Origin: Candidatus Poribacteria bacterium | Lineage (GTDB): Bacteria; Poribacteria; WGA-4E; WGA-3G | DNA: 64,000 bases | Direction of reading: 5' to 3' | Assembly: GCA_965205015.1 (NCBI GenBank) | Contig: OZ242029.1 | Coordinates: 3,680,001-3,744,000 of the forward strand | Shown here: positions 29,307 to 39,443 of the stretch, piece by piece | How the letters are laid out: every line of letters begins with the position of its first letter | Numbering within the stretch: the stretch's first letter is position 1 | Program-made: the position numbers and the translations under genes | The notes under the pieces: generated by a model | Told to the model about the DNA's origin: nothing | Seen by the model: only the letters and a program-made list of their open reading frames with translations | The model's database searches: none

Positions 29307-30500
29307 TCAGATTTTTGTTTTAATCTGCATCAAGCGTTCAGCGGCTTCGGCGAGGACGTCGTCCGCCATACTAAACATGAACCGAAATTTCGTCCTACCG
29401 AGGTGTGGACGACTGTAGAAGCTTGAACCTGGCACACCACCGACTCCGATTTCTTTCACCAAATAGTGGGCAAAGGCGGTATCGTCAGAAAACCCAAAAT
29501 CGGTGATGTCGGTCATGATATAATACGCGCCCTCCGGCTCGTGGCAAAGGAATCCGGCTTTTGTGAGGTTCTCAACGAGATATTTACGATTCTTGTTATA
29601 TTTCGCAACCAAGTTCGCGTGGTAACTCGGTGGCAAATTGAGTGCCGCGACGCCAGCACGCTGAAGCGGATGCGGTGCCCCGACTGTCAAGAAGTCATGC
29701 ATTTTGCGGATGGCATCGGTCAAAATCTCCGGGGCAATGACGTACCCTAATCGCCAGCCCGTCATAGAATATGCCTTGCTCAATCCCGATACGGTAATCG
29801 TCCGATCCCGCATTTGCGGCAATGAACCGATACTGAGGTGGGACTTATCGTCATAGATCATGTGCTCGTATATTTCATCGGTGATCGCAAGGCAGTCGTA
29901 TTCACAGCAGAGGTCGGCGATCTCTTGAAGTTCGTCCTGTGTGAAAACCTTGCCGAGTGGGTTATTCGGCGTGTTTATGACGATCGCTTTTGTGTTGGCA
30001 GAGAAGGCATCTCGGAGTTCGGTTGGGTCGTAGGTAAAGTGGACAGTCCCGTCAGACGCGACGGTCTCCTGCAACGCCACATAGACGGGTTTCGCACCAG
30101 AGATGATGGTATCGGGTCCGTAGTTTTCATAAAAGGGTTCAAAGATGATAATCTCGTCGTCAGGATTGATGATTGCGAGAAGCGAGGAGAGCATGCCTTC
30201 CGTTGAACCGCAGGTGACGGTCACGTTTCTGTCGGGATCGGTGGGAATACAGTTAAAAGTCGTCATTTTATGAGCGATCGCTTCACGAAACGCGGGTGCT
30301 CCCCACGTGATGCTGTACTGATTATAGCCGTCTTGGATCGCTTCAATGGCTGCGGCTTTGACTTCTGGAGGGGGTTGATACGCGGGCGTGCCTTGGGAGA
30401 GGTTGATCGCATCATAGCGCAGGCAGAGTTGCGTCATGCCGCGGATGACGGATTCGGTAAAACGGGTGGATTTGTCTGAAAGTTTAGATCGAACGGAAAT
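29307..30500 (-). CDS. class I/II PLP-dependent aminotransferase
   Basis: INLSQG, NTPNNPLG, DEIYEH, SKAYSMTGWRLGY. The conserved-looking FTESVIR block lies upstream of ATG 30437, suggesting an ATT start at 30500. Confidence 0.9.
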   Translation of the reverse strand: MSVRSKLSDKSTRFTESVIRGMTQLCLRYDAINLSQGTPAYQPPPEVKAAAIEAIQDGYNQYSITWGAPAFREAIAHKMTTFNCIPTDPDRNVTVTCGSTEGMLSSLLAIINPDDEIIIFEPFYENYGPDTIISGAKPVYVALQETVASDGTVHFTYDPTELRDAFSANTKAIVINTPNNPLGKVFTQDELQEIADLCCEYDCLAITDEIYEHMIYDDKSHLSIGSLPQMRDRTITVSGLSKAYSMTGWRLGYVIAPEILTDAIRKMHDFLTVGAPHPLQRAGVAALNLPPSYHANLVAKYNKNRKYLVENLTKAGFLCHEPEGAYYIMTDITDFGFSDDTAFAHYLVKEIGVGGVPGSSFYSRPHLGRTKFRFMFSMADDVLAEAAERLMQIKTKI

Positions 30501-30514
30501 TTTGGATACCTCAC

Positions 30515-31096
30515 CTATTCTTCGGTTTTATAACTCAAAATGATACCGTCATCTAAAGGGATGTCAACAGAGTGTAGTAGCGGTGTATTAAAGACGAATT
30601 CGACATAGTCGGGCATTTCATCGCGCATTGTTATGGTGTCATCAGCGACAATTAGACCCCCGGGACGGATATTGGGGAGCGCCAATTCGAGATAGCGTTG
30701 ATACTCATTTTTCTCTGCATCAAGGAATACAAGATCAAAGGTCGCATTGCATTTCGATATTTCATTGAGCGCATCTCCGATGCGGACTTCGACGATACTG
30801 TCTAACCCGACTTCCTGAAGATGCGTCTGTGCTTCTTCCGCCCGCTTCTGATCAAATTCAAGCGTGATGAGTCTACCGCCTGTCTCCTTCAGTGCGGCAG
30901 CGAGCCAGATTGTGGAATAGCCGTTGCTTGTTCCGACTTCGAGTACGTTCTGCGCCTGGATGGAACGGATAAGGATAGAGAGAAATTGCCCATTTTCCGG
31001 CGCGATATTGGTATACTGTTTTGCCGTTTTCTCGAGGCGTTTTAGGACGGAGTCGTAATTTTCCATAGGTACGGCGCGATGCTGGCGTTCACTCAT
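30515..31096 (-). CDS. O-methyltransferase (caffeoyl-CoA type)
   Basis: LEVGTSNGYSTIWLA, FDLVFLDAEK, PGGLIVADD. Confidence 0.9.
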   Translation of the reverse strand: MSERQHRAVPMENYDSVLKRLEKTAKQYTNIAPENGQFLSILIRSIQAQNVLEVGTSNGYSTIWLAAALKETGGRLITLEFDQKRAEEAQTHLQEVGLDSIVEVRIGDALNEISKCNATFDLVFLDAEKNEYQRYLELALPNIRPGGLIVADDTITMRDEMPDYVEFVFNTPLLHSVDIPLDDGIILSYKTEE

Positions 31097-31134
31097 AAAA
31101 GAGAGAGGCGGCAAGAATTGCCGCCTCGTGTTCC

Positions 31135-31917
31135 TTAGCGAAGTCTCTTGATTTTGCCCCAAGACGTGGCGAGTTTATCTTTTGGATTCACTGCCAAAAA
31201 TTCATCAGCCCCCATCTCCATGCTCTGTTCCATCTCGTCATCAGAGAGGGCGCGGTTCCAGAGTCGGACTTCGTCAACCATACCGGGCCACGCTTCACCA
31301 GCCCAGGTGCCGATCTGAATTCGGCTTGTAGCACCTGCGGGTGCGACAGGGTTGTTAGAGTCCTGATCGTGCGTGACTTTGCCGTCTACGTAAATCTTGA
31401 CTTTGCCTTTGTTGTCGCTTGTATGGGTATAGGACAGATAATACCATTTCCCGGTATCAAGACCCGTCTTGTTATCGTTGATATCCAAGAACCCGCCGCC
31501 AGCACCGTTCGTCCAAACTTTGATGCCGTTTCCGGGGTTCATTCCGTATCCGAATCCGATGTGTCTTCCACCGCCACCCATGCGTGTGCCAAAAACGATA
31601 GCGTGTGCACTCGGCAGTCGGTCAAGATTAATCCATGCGGCTTGTGTAATTTCGTCTTCGATATGGAAAGCGGCGTCGTCCTCAACAGCGACGAAATCGC
31701 TGGACGCGCTGAATTGAAGCGCCTTTCCAAATTTACCGTCAACCCATTTGGCACCGCCGTTGAGTTCCCCTTCAAAGCCGTTTTCTGAGAAGTCCTCAAC
31801 CTTGTTGCCTTTACCTTCATCAAGTGGCATGTAGAGAACGAGCCCTTCGAGTAAATCCGCGGCAGCATAGGTGCTGAACACCAAGGTGAGAATTAAGACA
31901 ATAAACAGTTGTTTCAC
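31135..31917 (-). CDS. secreted LamG-like jellyroll protein
   Basis: Signal peptide, WVDGKFGKALQF, GMVDEVRLWNRALS, C-terminal AVNPKDKLATSWGKIK. Confidence 0.88.
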   Translation of the reverse strand: MKQLFIVLILTLVFSTYAAADLLEGLVLYMPLDEGKGNKVEDFSENGFEGELNGGAKWVDGKFGKALQFSASSDFVAVEDDAAFHIEDEITQAAWINLDRLPSAHAIVFGTRMGGGGRHIGFGYGMNPGNGIKVWTNGAGGGFLDINDNKTGLDTGKWYYLSYTHTSDNKGKVKIYVDGKVTHDQDSNNPVAPAGATSRIQIGTWAGEAWPGMVDEVRLWNRALSDDEMEQSMEMGADEFLAVNPKDKLATSWGKIKRLR

Positions 31918-31950
31918 AAGTTACCTCCATATAGATAGTTATACGTAACA

Positions 31951-31979
31951 ATGATACCACAAATCGAGGCAACTGTCAA
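31951..31979 (-). promoter_or_regulatory. sigma70-type promoter for the LamG gene
   Basis: TTGACA-17 nt-TATCAT on the minus strand. Confidence 0.6.
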
Positions 31980-32007
31980 GGAGGCTTTGATGATGAACTA
32001 AACTGCT

Positions 32008-32844
32008 TCATTGGAACAACTGCCAGCTTCTGCCGGGGAGATCGCTGCGGAACACCTCTACATTTCCCCTGTCTGCCATTGTGACATAACAGGTGCGTCC
32101 GTCTGGACCGCCGAAAGCGATATTGGAGCAGAGTTTACCCGTTAACTGGACTTCCAATAACACCTCACCTGCGGGTGAGAGTTTCGCGACGGTGCCTTTG
32201 CCGTGTCGGGTGATATAGAGATTGCCTTCAATATCGCACCGCATGCCGTCCATGTTGAAATCCGGGAACTGAATCAGGAGCCGTTTATTGCTAACCTCGC
32301 CTTCAGGGGAGAGGTCATACGCCCAGACGTTCCGTTGTGCGGATTCGTTGACGTACAGCACCTTTTCATCGGGACTCACTTCGATCCCGTTTGTCGTGCC
32401 CATATCCGCTTCCAGTAAGGTCACCGTTCCATCCGTATCGACCCGCCAGATTTGTCCGGTTGACGCGCCCCAATTCGGATCACTCGCATAGAGGATATCG
32501 TTCGCGCCAATGGCGAGATCGTTCGGCTGATTCATTGTCGGTTCGTGGGCATGGACGGTGATGCTCCGTGTGTCCATATCCACTTTGAGGACATTGTGAT
32601 TCGTGTAATCAGCGATGAACATAAAGCCTGCGCTGTCGAAACGGATGCCGTTGCCGATGCTACCGGTTGGGAGTTCGATAAAAACGCTGGCTGTGCCGTC
32701 GGGTGTCACCTTACCGATGGTGTGTTGCCGTTCGTAGTTAACGGCGTATAGATTTCCCTCAGCATCACAGGCGGGTCCCTCGATTCCCGATGTAAATCCG
32801 TTAACGGGTGTAAATTCTTGACTGACAAAAAGTTCTTCGTTCAT
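32008..32844 (-). CDS. SMP-30/gluconolactonase family protein
   Basis: EGPA, PNDL, NGIEVSPDEKVLYV, DGMRCD, NIAFGG. Confidence 0.9.
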   Translation of the reverse strand: MNEELFVSQEFTPVNGFTSGIEGPACDAEGNLYAVNYERQHTIGKVTPDGTASVFIELPTGSIGNGIRFDSAGFMFIADYTNHNVLKVDMDTRSITVHAHEPTMNQPNDLAIGANDILYASDPNWGASTGQIWRVDTDGTVTLLEADMGTTNGIEVSPDEKVLYVNESAQRNVWAYDLSPEGEVSNKRLLIQFPDFNMDGMRCDIEGNLYITRHGKGTVAKLSPAGEVLLEVQLTGKLCSNIAFGGPDGRTCYVTMADRGNVEVFRSDLPGRSWQLFQ

Positions 32845-32861
32845 TGTTCAATTCCTTAAAT

Positions 32862-34034
32862 TCAGTTTGTGGTGCAGAGCACAAATACGCCGGTATAGGC
32901 ATGCGCGAAGTTGCGTCCACCGATCGGTGCAAACTCTGAATTCCCGAAAAACCCGATAACGGGGAGTCCCGGAAACTTCTCTTGGATAACACCGATGTCG
33001 TGATTTGCTGCGCCGTATAACCCTTTACCGCGACCTAAGCAGTTAAAATAGAGTCCGAATGCGGGTGGCTGTTGCCGCGTTTTCTCGGCTAACTGTGTGA
33101 GAATCACCTGTATTTCTTCTGCAGCGGCGTTTGGATTTCGCAGATGGAACTGCACCAATTGCCCTTCCGTTACCTCCTCGGACACAGCCAGGGCATCGTG
33201 CTCCTCGTTAATACCGATCAGATTGCGAATCAGAAAATCTCCGCGGATCGGATTTTTATTTTCGGGATCCATTGCGATCCCGACGAAAACTGTGCCGCCT
33301 GAGCGACGAATATCATCCTGTGTTAGCAGTTGCAAGGTTCCCTTAAAGTTTTCCAATGCAGGCTCACCGTCCAATTCAAAAATAACGCGGCCCTCTGCTC
33401 TTGTAACCTCACGGGATCTACCGATGGGTTGACACCCTTGTGCTACACCGATCTCCGTGTTGAAATCTCCGGTGAGGAGGATACCCGTCAGTCCGCCTTC
33501 GGTTGCCTCTTCGCCTTTCCAATGATACATCTGCGCCCCGGTTGCATCACCAGAAACGGCAGCACCGACGACAGGCAGTTCCGTTCCATCATCACCAATA
33601 TGTGTTACGAGTTCTGCTGGGTTCACAGTCCGAACATCCGGGAAGATGACGAGAAGGGCGTCATCGTCGAGTTCAGGCTGAATGTCTTTTTGTATCTGCT
33701 CGCCTACCTCAGCTGCCGTGCCTCGCGCGCTAAAGGATACCGCCGAAAGTTGCTCGCTACGGATCACCATTACCGCGAGCGCGGGTTCTTCCTCAAACTC
33801 TCCTGCTGACGTCAAGACACTCATGCCACTGCATCCAATGAGTTCATCACAATTGGCGTTAGATTGGACTGCTTGGTACAAGTCTCCATATTCCGTTTGA
33901 TAGTTGATGGTCGCAAAGACGATTGCGAGATCCGCTTTGGCGATACCGGCGTTCCCCATTGCCATAATTGTTGCGCGCTCGGCGGCTTCCGAAGTGGAGA
34001 GGCTTTGCGAATGTCCGACACCTACATGAATCAT
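32862..34034 (-). CDS. FIST N/C domain protein
   Basis: LIGCS, VAQGCQPIG, ELDGEPA, YFNCLGRG, GFFGNSEFAP. Confidence 0.88.
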   Translation of the reverse strand: MIHVGVGHSQSLSTSEAAERATIMAMGNAGIAKADLAIVFATINYQTEYGDLYQAVQSNANCDELIGCSGMSVLTSAGEFEEEPALAVMVIRSEQLSAVSFSARGTAAEVGEQIQKDIQPELDDDALLVIFPDVRTVNPAELVTHIGDDGTELPVVGAAVSGDATGAQMYHWKGEEATEGGLTGILLTGDFNTEIGVAQGCQPIGRSREVTRAEGRVIFELDGEPALENFKGTLQLLTQDDIRRSGGTVFVGIAMDPENKNPIRGDFLIRNLIGINEEHDALAVSEEVTEGQLVQFHLRNPNAAAEEIQVILTQLAEKTRQQPPAFGLYFNCLGRGKGLYGAANHDIGVIQEKFPGLPVIGFFGNSEFAPIGGRNFAHAYTGVFVLCTTN

Positions 34035-34276
34035 CTTTCTCACCTGCCTTTTTGCGATAATAATACAGTATCCACAAGAAAAGGTCAACAATTACTCTCC
34101 GAAAAAACAGTGCGTGAAAACAGAGATATATGGTATACTAACCAGTATATGGCAGATTTACGGGAGAATGCGTTGGAATATTTGGTTTTCATTTTTATTT
34201 GGAAGTTCCAGGAGGACCGAATGATTCTGCGATAACATATTGCGTCAAGAGAAGCGTAAATTGGAGGAATAGGGAT

Positions 34277-35110
34277 TTGTCAGCCGAACTCCTTAATGGT
34301 AATCAACTTGCGAAGCGCGTCCGGAGCCAGATCCGGCGAAAATTAAAAAAACTCACATTCACACCGGGTCTCGCTGTTGTTCAAGTCGGCGATGACCCTG
34401 CATCAACGCTCTATATCAAACACAAACAACGTGATTGTGAAAAGGTGCATTTCCATTCCGAAGTCCACCGCTTACCGGCAGACACTCACCAAGACACCCT
34501 GATTGAACACGTTGAAGCTCTCAATGAACGGACGGATATCCATGGGATACTGGTGCAAATGCCACTCCCAGAGGGGATAGATAAAGAGGCAGTCATTGAC
34601 ACGATTTCTCCGGAGAAAGATGCGGACGGGCTGAACCCCGTCAATTTAGGGAATCTCCTCATCAACCGCGAGGGTGTGACCCCTTGTACACCCACAGGGA
34701 TTATTCGTCTGATTGAATTAACAGGTGAACAGATTGAGGGCAAGCACGCTGTCTGTATCGGTAGAAGTCCGTTGGTCGGTAAATCTGTTGGATTGATGCT
34801 CCTGAATCGAAACGCTACCGTTACGTATTGCCATTCCCGAACGATAGATTTGACAGCGGAGGTTCAGAAAGCAGATATCCTCGTTGCTGCTGTCGGTAGA
34901 CCGGAGTTTGTAACTGTGGACATGGTGAAACCTGGTGCTATCGTCATTGATGTCGGTATTAACCATGTCAATGGCCGCGCTATCGGGGATGTCAAATTTG
35001 AGGGCGTTAAAGAGGTGGCAGGATTTATAACCCCCGTCCCCGGGGGTGTGGGTCCTATGACACGCGCAATGTTATTAGAAAATACTTTGAAATTAGCGAT
35101 TGGAGGCTAA
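34277..35110 (+). CDS. folD: bifunctional methylenetetrahydrofolate dehydrogenase/cyclohydrolase
   Basis: HGILVQMPLP, KDADG, PCTP, ITPVPGGVGPMT; TTG start after GGAGG. Confidence 0.95.
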   Translation: MSAELLNGNQLAKRVRSQIRRKLKKLTFTPGLAVVQVGDDPASTLYIKHKQRDCEKVHFHSEVHRLPADTHQDTLIEHVEALNERTDIHGILVQMPLPEGIDKEAVIDTISPEKDADGLNPVNLGNLLINREGVTPCTPTGIIRLIELTGEQIEGKHAVCIGRSPLVGKSVGLMLLNRNATVTYCHSRTIDLTAEVQKADILVAAVGRPEFVTVDMVKPGAIVIDVGINHVNGRAIGDVKFEGVKEVAGFITPVPGGVGPMTRAMLLENTLKLAIGG

Positions 35111-35114
35111 CATA

Positions 35115-35879
35115 ATGGCGTTTCCAGGATTTGAATTGAAAGATAAGGTCATGTTAATCACGGGTTCCGGCAAGGGCATCGGCAGGGGAATCGCGCTCGC
35201 CGCTGCTCAGATGGGTGCGAAAGTCATTTTGAACAGTCGCACGCCGTCTGATCTTGAGGAGGTCGCGAGCGAGATCCGTGCGGACGGAGGTGAAGCGGCG
35301 TCGGTTGTGTTTGACGTTAGCGATATGACACAGGTTGCGACAGGTGCACAAGCGGCACTTGATGTCTGGGGGAGAGTGGATGTTCTCGTGAATAACGCCG
35401 GCACCAACCGTCCGAAACCCGCACTTGAGTTAACTGAAGACGATTGGGATGCGATCTATGATCTGAATCTTAAAGGACTGTTCTTCCTAACGCAGACGCT
35501 TGTGAAACCGATGATAGAGCGGGAGAGCGGAAAAATCATCAATATTTCCTCGACGATGGGCTTGGTAGGTGGACCGTTGCGGACTGCGTATTCAGGGAGC
35601 AAAGGCGGTGTCGTGTTGTTAACGAAAGGACTCGCCGTTGAATGGGCACCGCATAACGTTACTGTGAACGCTGTGGCACCGGCGTTTACGCGGACACCGC
35701 TTGCTGACGTTCTGTTACAACGCAAGGAATTTTATGAAGATGTTGTCCGCCGTATCCCGATGGGACGTGTCGGTGAGGTGGACGAGGTTGTCGGCGCAGT
35801 GCTGTTCTTAGCATCAGAGGCAGCAAACTGGGTGACTGGACAAACGATCGCCGTTGATGGCGGTTGGGTGGCTTGGTAA
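35115..35879 (+). CDS. SDR family oxidoreductase
   Basis: TGSGKGIG, NNAG, YSGSK. Confidence 0.92.
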   Translation: MAFPGFELKDKVMLITGSGKGIGRGIALAAAQMGAKVILNSRTPSDLEEVASEIRADGGEAASVVFDVSDMTQVATGAQAALDVWGRVDVLVNNAGTNRPKPALELTEDDWDAIYDLNLKGLFFLTQTLVKPMIERESGKIINISSTMGLVGGPLRTAYSGSKGGVVLLTKGLAVEWAPHNVTVNAVAPAFTRTPLADVLLQRKEFYEDVVRRIPMGRVGEVDEVVGAVLFLASEAANWVTGQTIAVDGGWVAW

Positions 35880-35882
35880 TTT

Positions 35883-37010
35883 TTACCAATTTTGACACAC
35901 AACCGGTTTTCGTTCGGCATAGCACCTCACTATGTCAATAATGAGTGCGATATCGTTCCGCGCAGATTCCAGTGAGGTATAACACGGTTCACCTTCTGTG
36001 ATACACGCATGGAAATGACGTAGTTCCCGGACAAACGCGCTTTCCCATTCAACAGCGGGTGTCTTGCTATAGGTCGTGCCATCGGGGTCTATCCCGTGTA
36101 TTGTTACCTCTGACAGGATACCGCGTGAAAAGCCGGTCGGATAGGATACGATCACGCGTTTGGTATCGCCGTAGATTTCTAAGGTCTCTTTAAAGTCCCA
36201 GAGGTCTGGCAGATCGACCCATGTCGCGACACAGCGGGCACCGTTCGGATAGCCAAACACGATCGTCACACCGCGTCCTTCGGACCAGACTTCGGCGCTA
36301 ATCACCTCGCTCGGCGAACCGAGCATTACCCGCAGACTGTAGATGTCGTGGATCATGCTGCCGGCAAGCAGGTAGAACACACGTGCGGCTTTGCTTTGGA
36401 TGTCGTTTTCGAGTCCGGTTTCTGACAGGACATCACCGATGGCTTCTGCTTGTGCTTTTTCTCGCGCCGCGCCCGCAGGCTTAAAGGCATCCGCAGAAAC
36501 ATCGTCAAAACGTTCAACATCAAATTGGCTCAGGTGTAAACTATTATTCGGATGGAGATGATTGATCTGCACAAAGCGGTAACTCTCCATTGTATCCACT
36601 TCGCGCTTGGCGAGTTGGAAGGCTGGATCATGTACCTTCATATATCCGGCTTGTGCGACGGTGTCTGCCGCACGCTGTGCAGCGAGCATCGCATCCATTT
36701 CTTGAAGTGAAAAACAGACGGGTTTTTCAATAAAAACGTGTTTCCCTGCCTTAAATGCAGCGAGTGCGACTTCCGTCTTTGGATCGCCGTGACACAGCAG
36801 CACGGCATCTACATCTGTGTTGAGCAATTCATTGACATCTGTCACGAATTGCGGAACATGGAACCGCTTTGAAACGGCTTGCGCTGCCCCCCGCGAAAGA
36901 TCACAAACGATGGATACTTCAAATTCTCGATGAAGTGCGGTAAGGTTGGGGAGATGATGTACTTGCGCGATGGCACCACACCCGACAACACCTATTCGGA
37001 CACGACTCAT
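35883..37010 (-). CDS. Gfo/Idh/MocA oxidoreductase
   Basis: GVVGCGAIA, GKHVFIEKP. Confidence 0.9.
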   Translation of the reverse strand: MSRVRIGVVGCGAIAQVHHLPNLTALHREFEVSIVCDLSRGAAQAVSKRFHVPQFVTDVNELLNTDVDAVLLCHGDPKTEVALAAFKAGKHVFIEKPVCFSLQEMDAMLAAQRAADTVAQAGYMKVHDPAFQLAKREVDTMESYRFVQINHLHPNNSLHLSQFDVERFDDVSADAFKPAGAAREKAQAEAIGDVLSETGLENDIQSKAARVFYLLAGSMIHDIYSLRVMLGSPSEVISAEVWSEGRGVTIVFGYPNGARCVATWVDLPDLWDFKETLEIYGDTKRVIVSYPTGFSRGILSEVTIHGIDPDGTTYSKTPAVEWESAFVRELRHFHACITEGEPCYTSLESARNDIALIIDIVRCYAERKPVVCQNW

Positions 37011-37151
37011 ATCTTTTACCTCCGATAGATAATGCTTCCTATACGTCTATCGTATCATATACCTGAAATAGATGCAATGTTTGGTTATCGGTTTTCGGTT
37101 GTCAGCGGTCGGCAGTCGGGATTCTACAGAAAGATTGACACCGTTGGGAAG

Positions 37152-37180
37152 TTGACAATAAAAGTAAAAACTCTCATAAT
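37152..37180 (+). promoter_or_regulatory. sigma70-type promoter
   Basis: TTGACA-17 nt-CATAAT upstream of the ORF at 37219. Confidence 0.55.
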
Positions 37181-37218
37181 AGATGCAACAGATTCTGTGA
37201 AGAATAGGGGGTATAGGT

Positions 37219-38835
37219 ATGGACTTGGCAATGATCCCGTGGCAGATGGTTCTTTTGTGTGGTTTGTCGGTTTGTGTTGGATGGGGGATACGCGGTAACT
37301 TTGGGCATGAATATGGTGCAGCACTCGCCGGTGCGCTTGGAGCGGTGGCAATTGCCCTGCTCTCTGGGCGTGAGGACTGGTGGCGACATGTCCACTATTT
37401 CGCTTTGTTTGGGGCAATCGGTTGGTCCTTTGGCGGAAGCATGTCGTATATGATGGTCGTCGGATATAGCCATTCTTCACACCCATTGACGGTGTTTTAT
37501 GGGTTTGCGAATCTGTTCGTTATCGGTTTTCTGTGGGCGGCCCTCGGTGGTGCTGGGACCGCGCTGCCTGCGTTCCTGACGCATTCCCAACTCTCGCTCC
37601 TCTTTACACCAATCCTGGCAGTCTTCATCGGTTGGTCGCTTCAGGCTGTGATTATCGATCGGGTCCTTGCCCCGAAACGGATGCAACGGCATGAGAGTCC
37701 GCTGTATTGGTACGACACGGATTGGGTGTCGGCGCTGGTGGCAATCGTTTCGGCACTTATCGTCGCGCTCTTCCGTGGTGGTTTGGACATGGGTACAAAC
37801 CTCGTCCTGTATCTGGGCATCTGTTGGTTCGGTGGGTTTTTGTTGCTGGTAAACATTTGTCGTCTCCGTATGACACCCCCGCGTGGGGATAACTGGGCGG
37901 GTTGCGTCGGTATGGTTATCGGGATCTTGGGATACTGTTCGCGTTATGAACTCAGCGGGGTCGCTTTCGCTACCTTGATGACGGGGTTCGGAGGCGGTAT
38001 CGCCTTTTCATTTGGACAATTGCTGAAACTCATCTACATCTGGACGGGTAACAAAATAAATTGGCACACGAATTGGCACAGTGTCATGGAGCAGACGCAA
38101 GGCTTCCTATTCGGACTCGGTATTGCAATACCGTTTGGTCTCCTTCTTAACCGAGCCCCACTGTTAGAAACCGGCTCGAATCTCCCGCAATGGATGGAAA
38201 TATTCGCTGTGTTCTGTGTGCTGATTCTACTGACCTACGTCAATTATCGGAAGGCAGCCGGAACGTGGGTGGATTTGGTCGAGGGTTTACCGGAGCGGTT
38301 CTTTGGGCTGCCGGTTGTCGGTTGGTTTCGGCATTCGCGAGGATGGATAGGCTGGTTCGAACTCTTTTATATCGGGCTCGGTATCGCCTGTGTATGGCTT
38401 TTGTCGGTACATTTCCGAGAACCGCTTGCCTTTCTCCCGACGAGTTGGTTGGGGAAGGGGCAACTGCTCTATTTTGTATTCCTGTGGTGGGTGGTTATCT
38501 TCAACTTTGAACGCGCTTTGGTCGGTTTCAGTCCACATCGATTGGTAACGGAAGGTGTGATTACGCTCAACGCGATTATCTGTACCGTGCTGATGGCACT
38601 CGGTCCACTATCGGTGCCGAAACAGACGGCTGGTCTCTTTTCATTTAATGAATGGGTTCTACAGACATTGATCTGGGGGCTTGTCGTGCTGGTAGGATCC
38701 ACCGTTGTTTTTTGGGGTGTGAAGCATCTGCTTTTCGGAAAGGCACACGCGCCGGGTGCGTCATTACATATCCGTTTCGGACCGGATGCCAATGCCCCGA
38801 AAGAGAAACCGAAAGCAGGGGAACAGCATCCGTAA
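37219..38835 (+). CDS. polytopic membrane protein of unknown function
   Basis: 538 aa with many hydrophobic segments; GWGIRGNFGHEYGAA. Confidence 0.8.
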   Translation: MDLAMIPWQMVLLCGLSVCVGWGIRGNFGHEYGAALAGALGAVAIALLSGREDWWRHVHYFALFGAIGWSFGGSMSYMMVVGYSHSSHPLTVFYGFANLFVIGFLWAALGGAGTALPAFLTHSQLSLLFTPILAVFIGWSLQAVIIDRVLAPKRMQRHESPLYWYDTDWVSALVAIVSALIVALFRGGLDMGTNLVLYLGICWFGGFLLLVNICRLRMTPPRGDNWAGCVGMVIGILGYCSRYELSGVAFATLMTGFGGGIAFSFGQLLKLIYIWTGNKINWHTNWHSVMEQTQGFLFGLGIAIPFGLLLNRAPLLETGSNLPQWMEIFAVFCVLILLTYVNYRKAAGTWVDLVEGLPERFFGLPVVGWFRHSRGWIGWFELFYIGLGIACVWLLSVHFREPLAFLPTSWLGKGQLLYFVFLWWVVIFNFERALVGFSPHRLVTEGVITLNAIICTVLMALGPLSVPKQTAGLFSFNEWVLQTLIWGLVVLVGSTVVFWGVKHLLFGKAHAPGASLHIRFGPDANAPKEKPKAGEQHP

Positions 38836-38871
38836 TGAGATTTAGCATTTTGATGACTTTTTTGAAAAAGG

Positions 38872-38900
38872 TTGACATCTGTTAGGGATTCGGTTATAAT
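38872..38900 (+). promoter_or_regulatory. perfect-consensus sigma70 promoter
   Basis: TTGACA-17 nt-TATAAT; RBS AGGAGG before ATG 38945. Confidence 0.75.
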
Positions 38901-38944
38901 GCTTCTATATTGTTGAGACTACTGCTAAAAGGAGGTATAAAGTA

Positions 38945-39334
38945 ATGAATAAAGAGGACCTTATCCTTCAGAAACTGGAATCTATGGAGACTGAGATAAA
39001 AGATACTCGTTCGGAGATAAAGGATGTTCGTTCGGAGATAAAGGATGTTCGTTCGGAGATAAAGGATATTCATTTTGAACTGAAGGATATCCGGGAAGAT
39101 GCATCAGAAATGAAAGTAAATCAAGCCAAACATGAAGGCAGTTTGCATACTATGGAGACCAAAATGAATGGTGAGTTCCAAAGGTTGGAGACCAAACTTG
39201 ACGGTCTGATCGAAAGTATGCGCGAGCGAAAATTGGACACAAACGAGCGTTGGAAAATAGGGGGCATCATCATCTCGTGTGGAGTTGCTGTTGTGTCGCT
39301 GATTCTCTCCATCCTTACGAGAATGGGACAGTAG
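38945..39334 (+). CDS. coiled-coil protein with 21-bp tandem repeats and a C-terminal TM helix
   Basis: EIKD(T/V)RS heptads encoded by GGAGATAAAGGATGTTCGTTC repeats; hydrophobic tail. Confidence 0.75.
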   Translation: MNKEDLILQKLESMETEIKDTRSEIKDVRSEIKDVRSEIKDIHFELKDIREDASEMKVNQAKHEGSLHTMETKMNGEFQRLETKLDGLIESMRERKLDTNERWKIGGIIISCGVAVVSLILSILTRMGQ

Positions 39335-39338
39335 GAAC

Positions 39339-39435
39339 TACTGCTTTGTCCAATCCAAACTGAGTGTTGGGTTTCACTACGTTCAACCCAACCTACGGGT
39401 TTTCCTCCTATCATTTTAATCTGGACAGAACACTA
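39339..39435. mobile_element. MITE-like element carrying a REP-like sequence
   Basis: Imperfect ends TACTGCTTTGTCCA / TGGACAGAACACTA; internal GTTGGGTT...AACCCAACCTAC. Confidence 0.5.
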
Positions 39436-39443
39436 CCAGCTTA

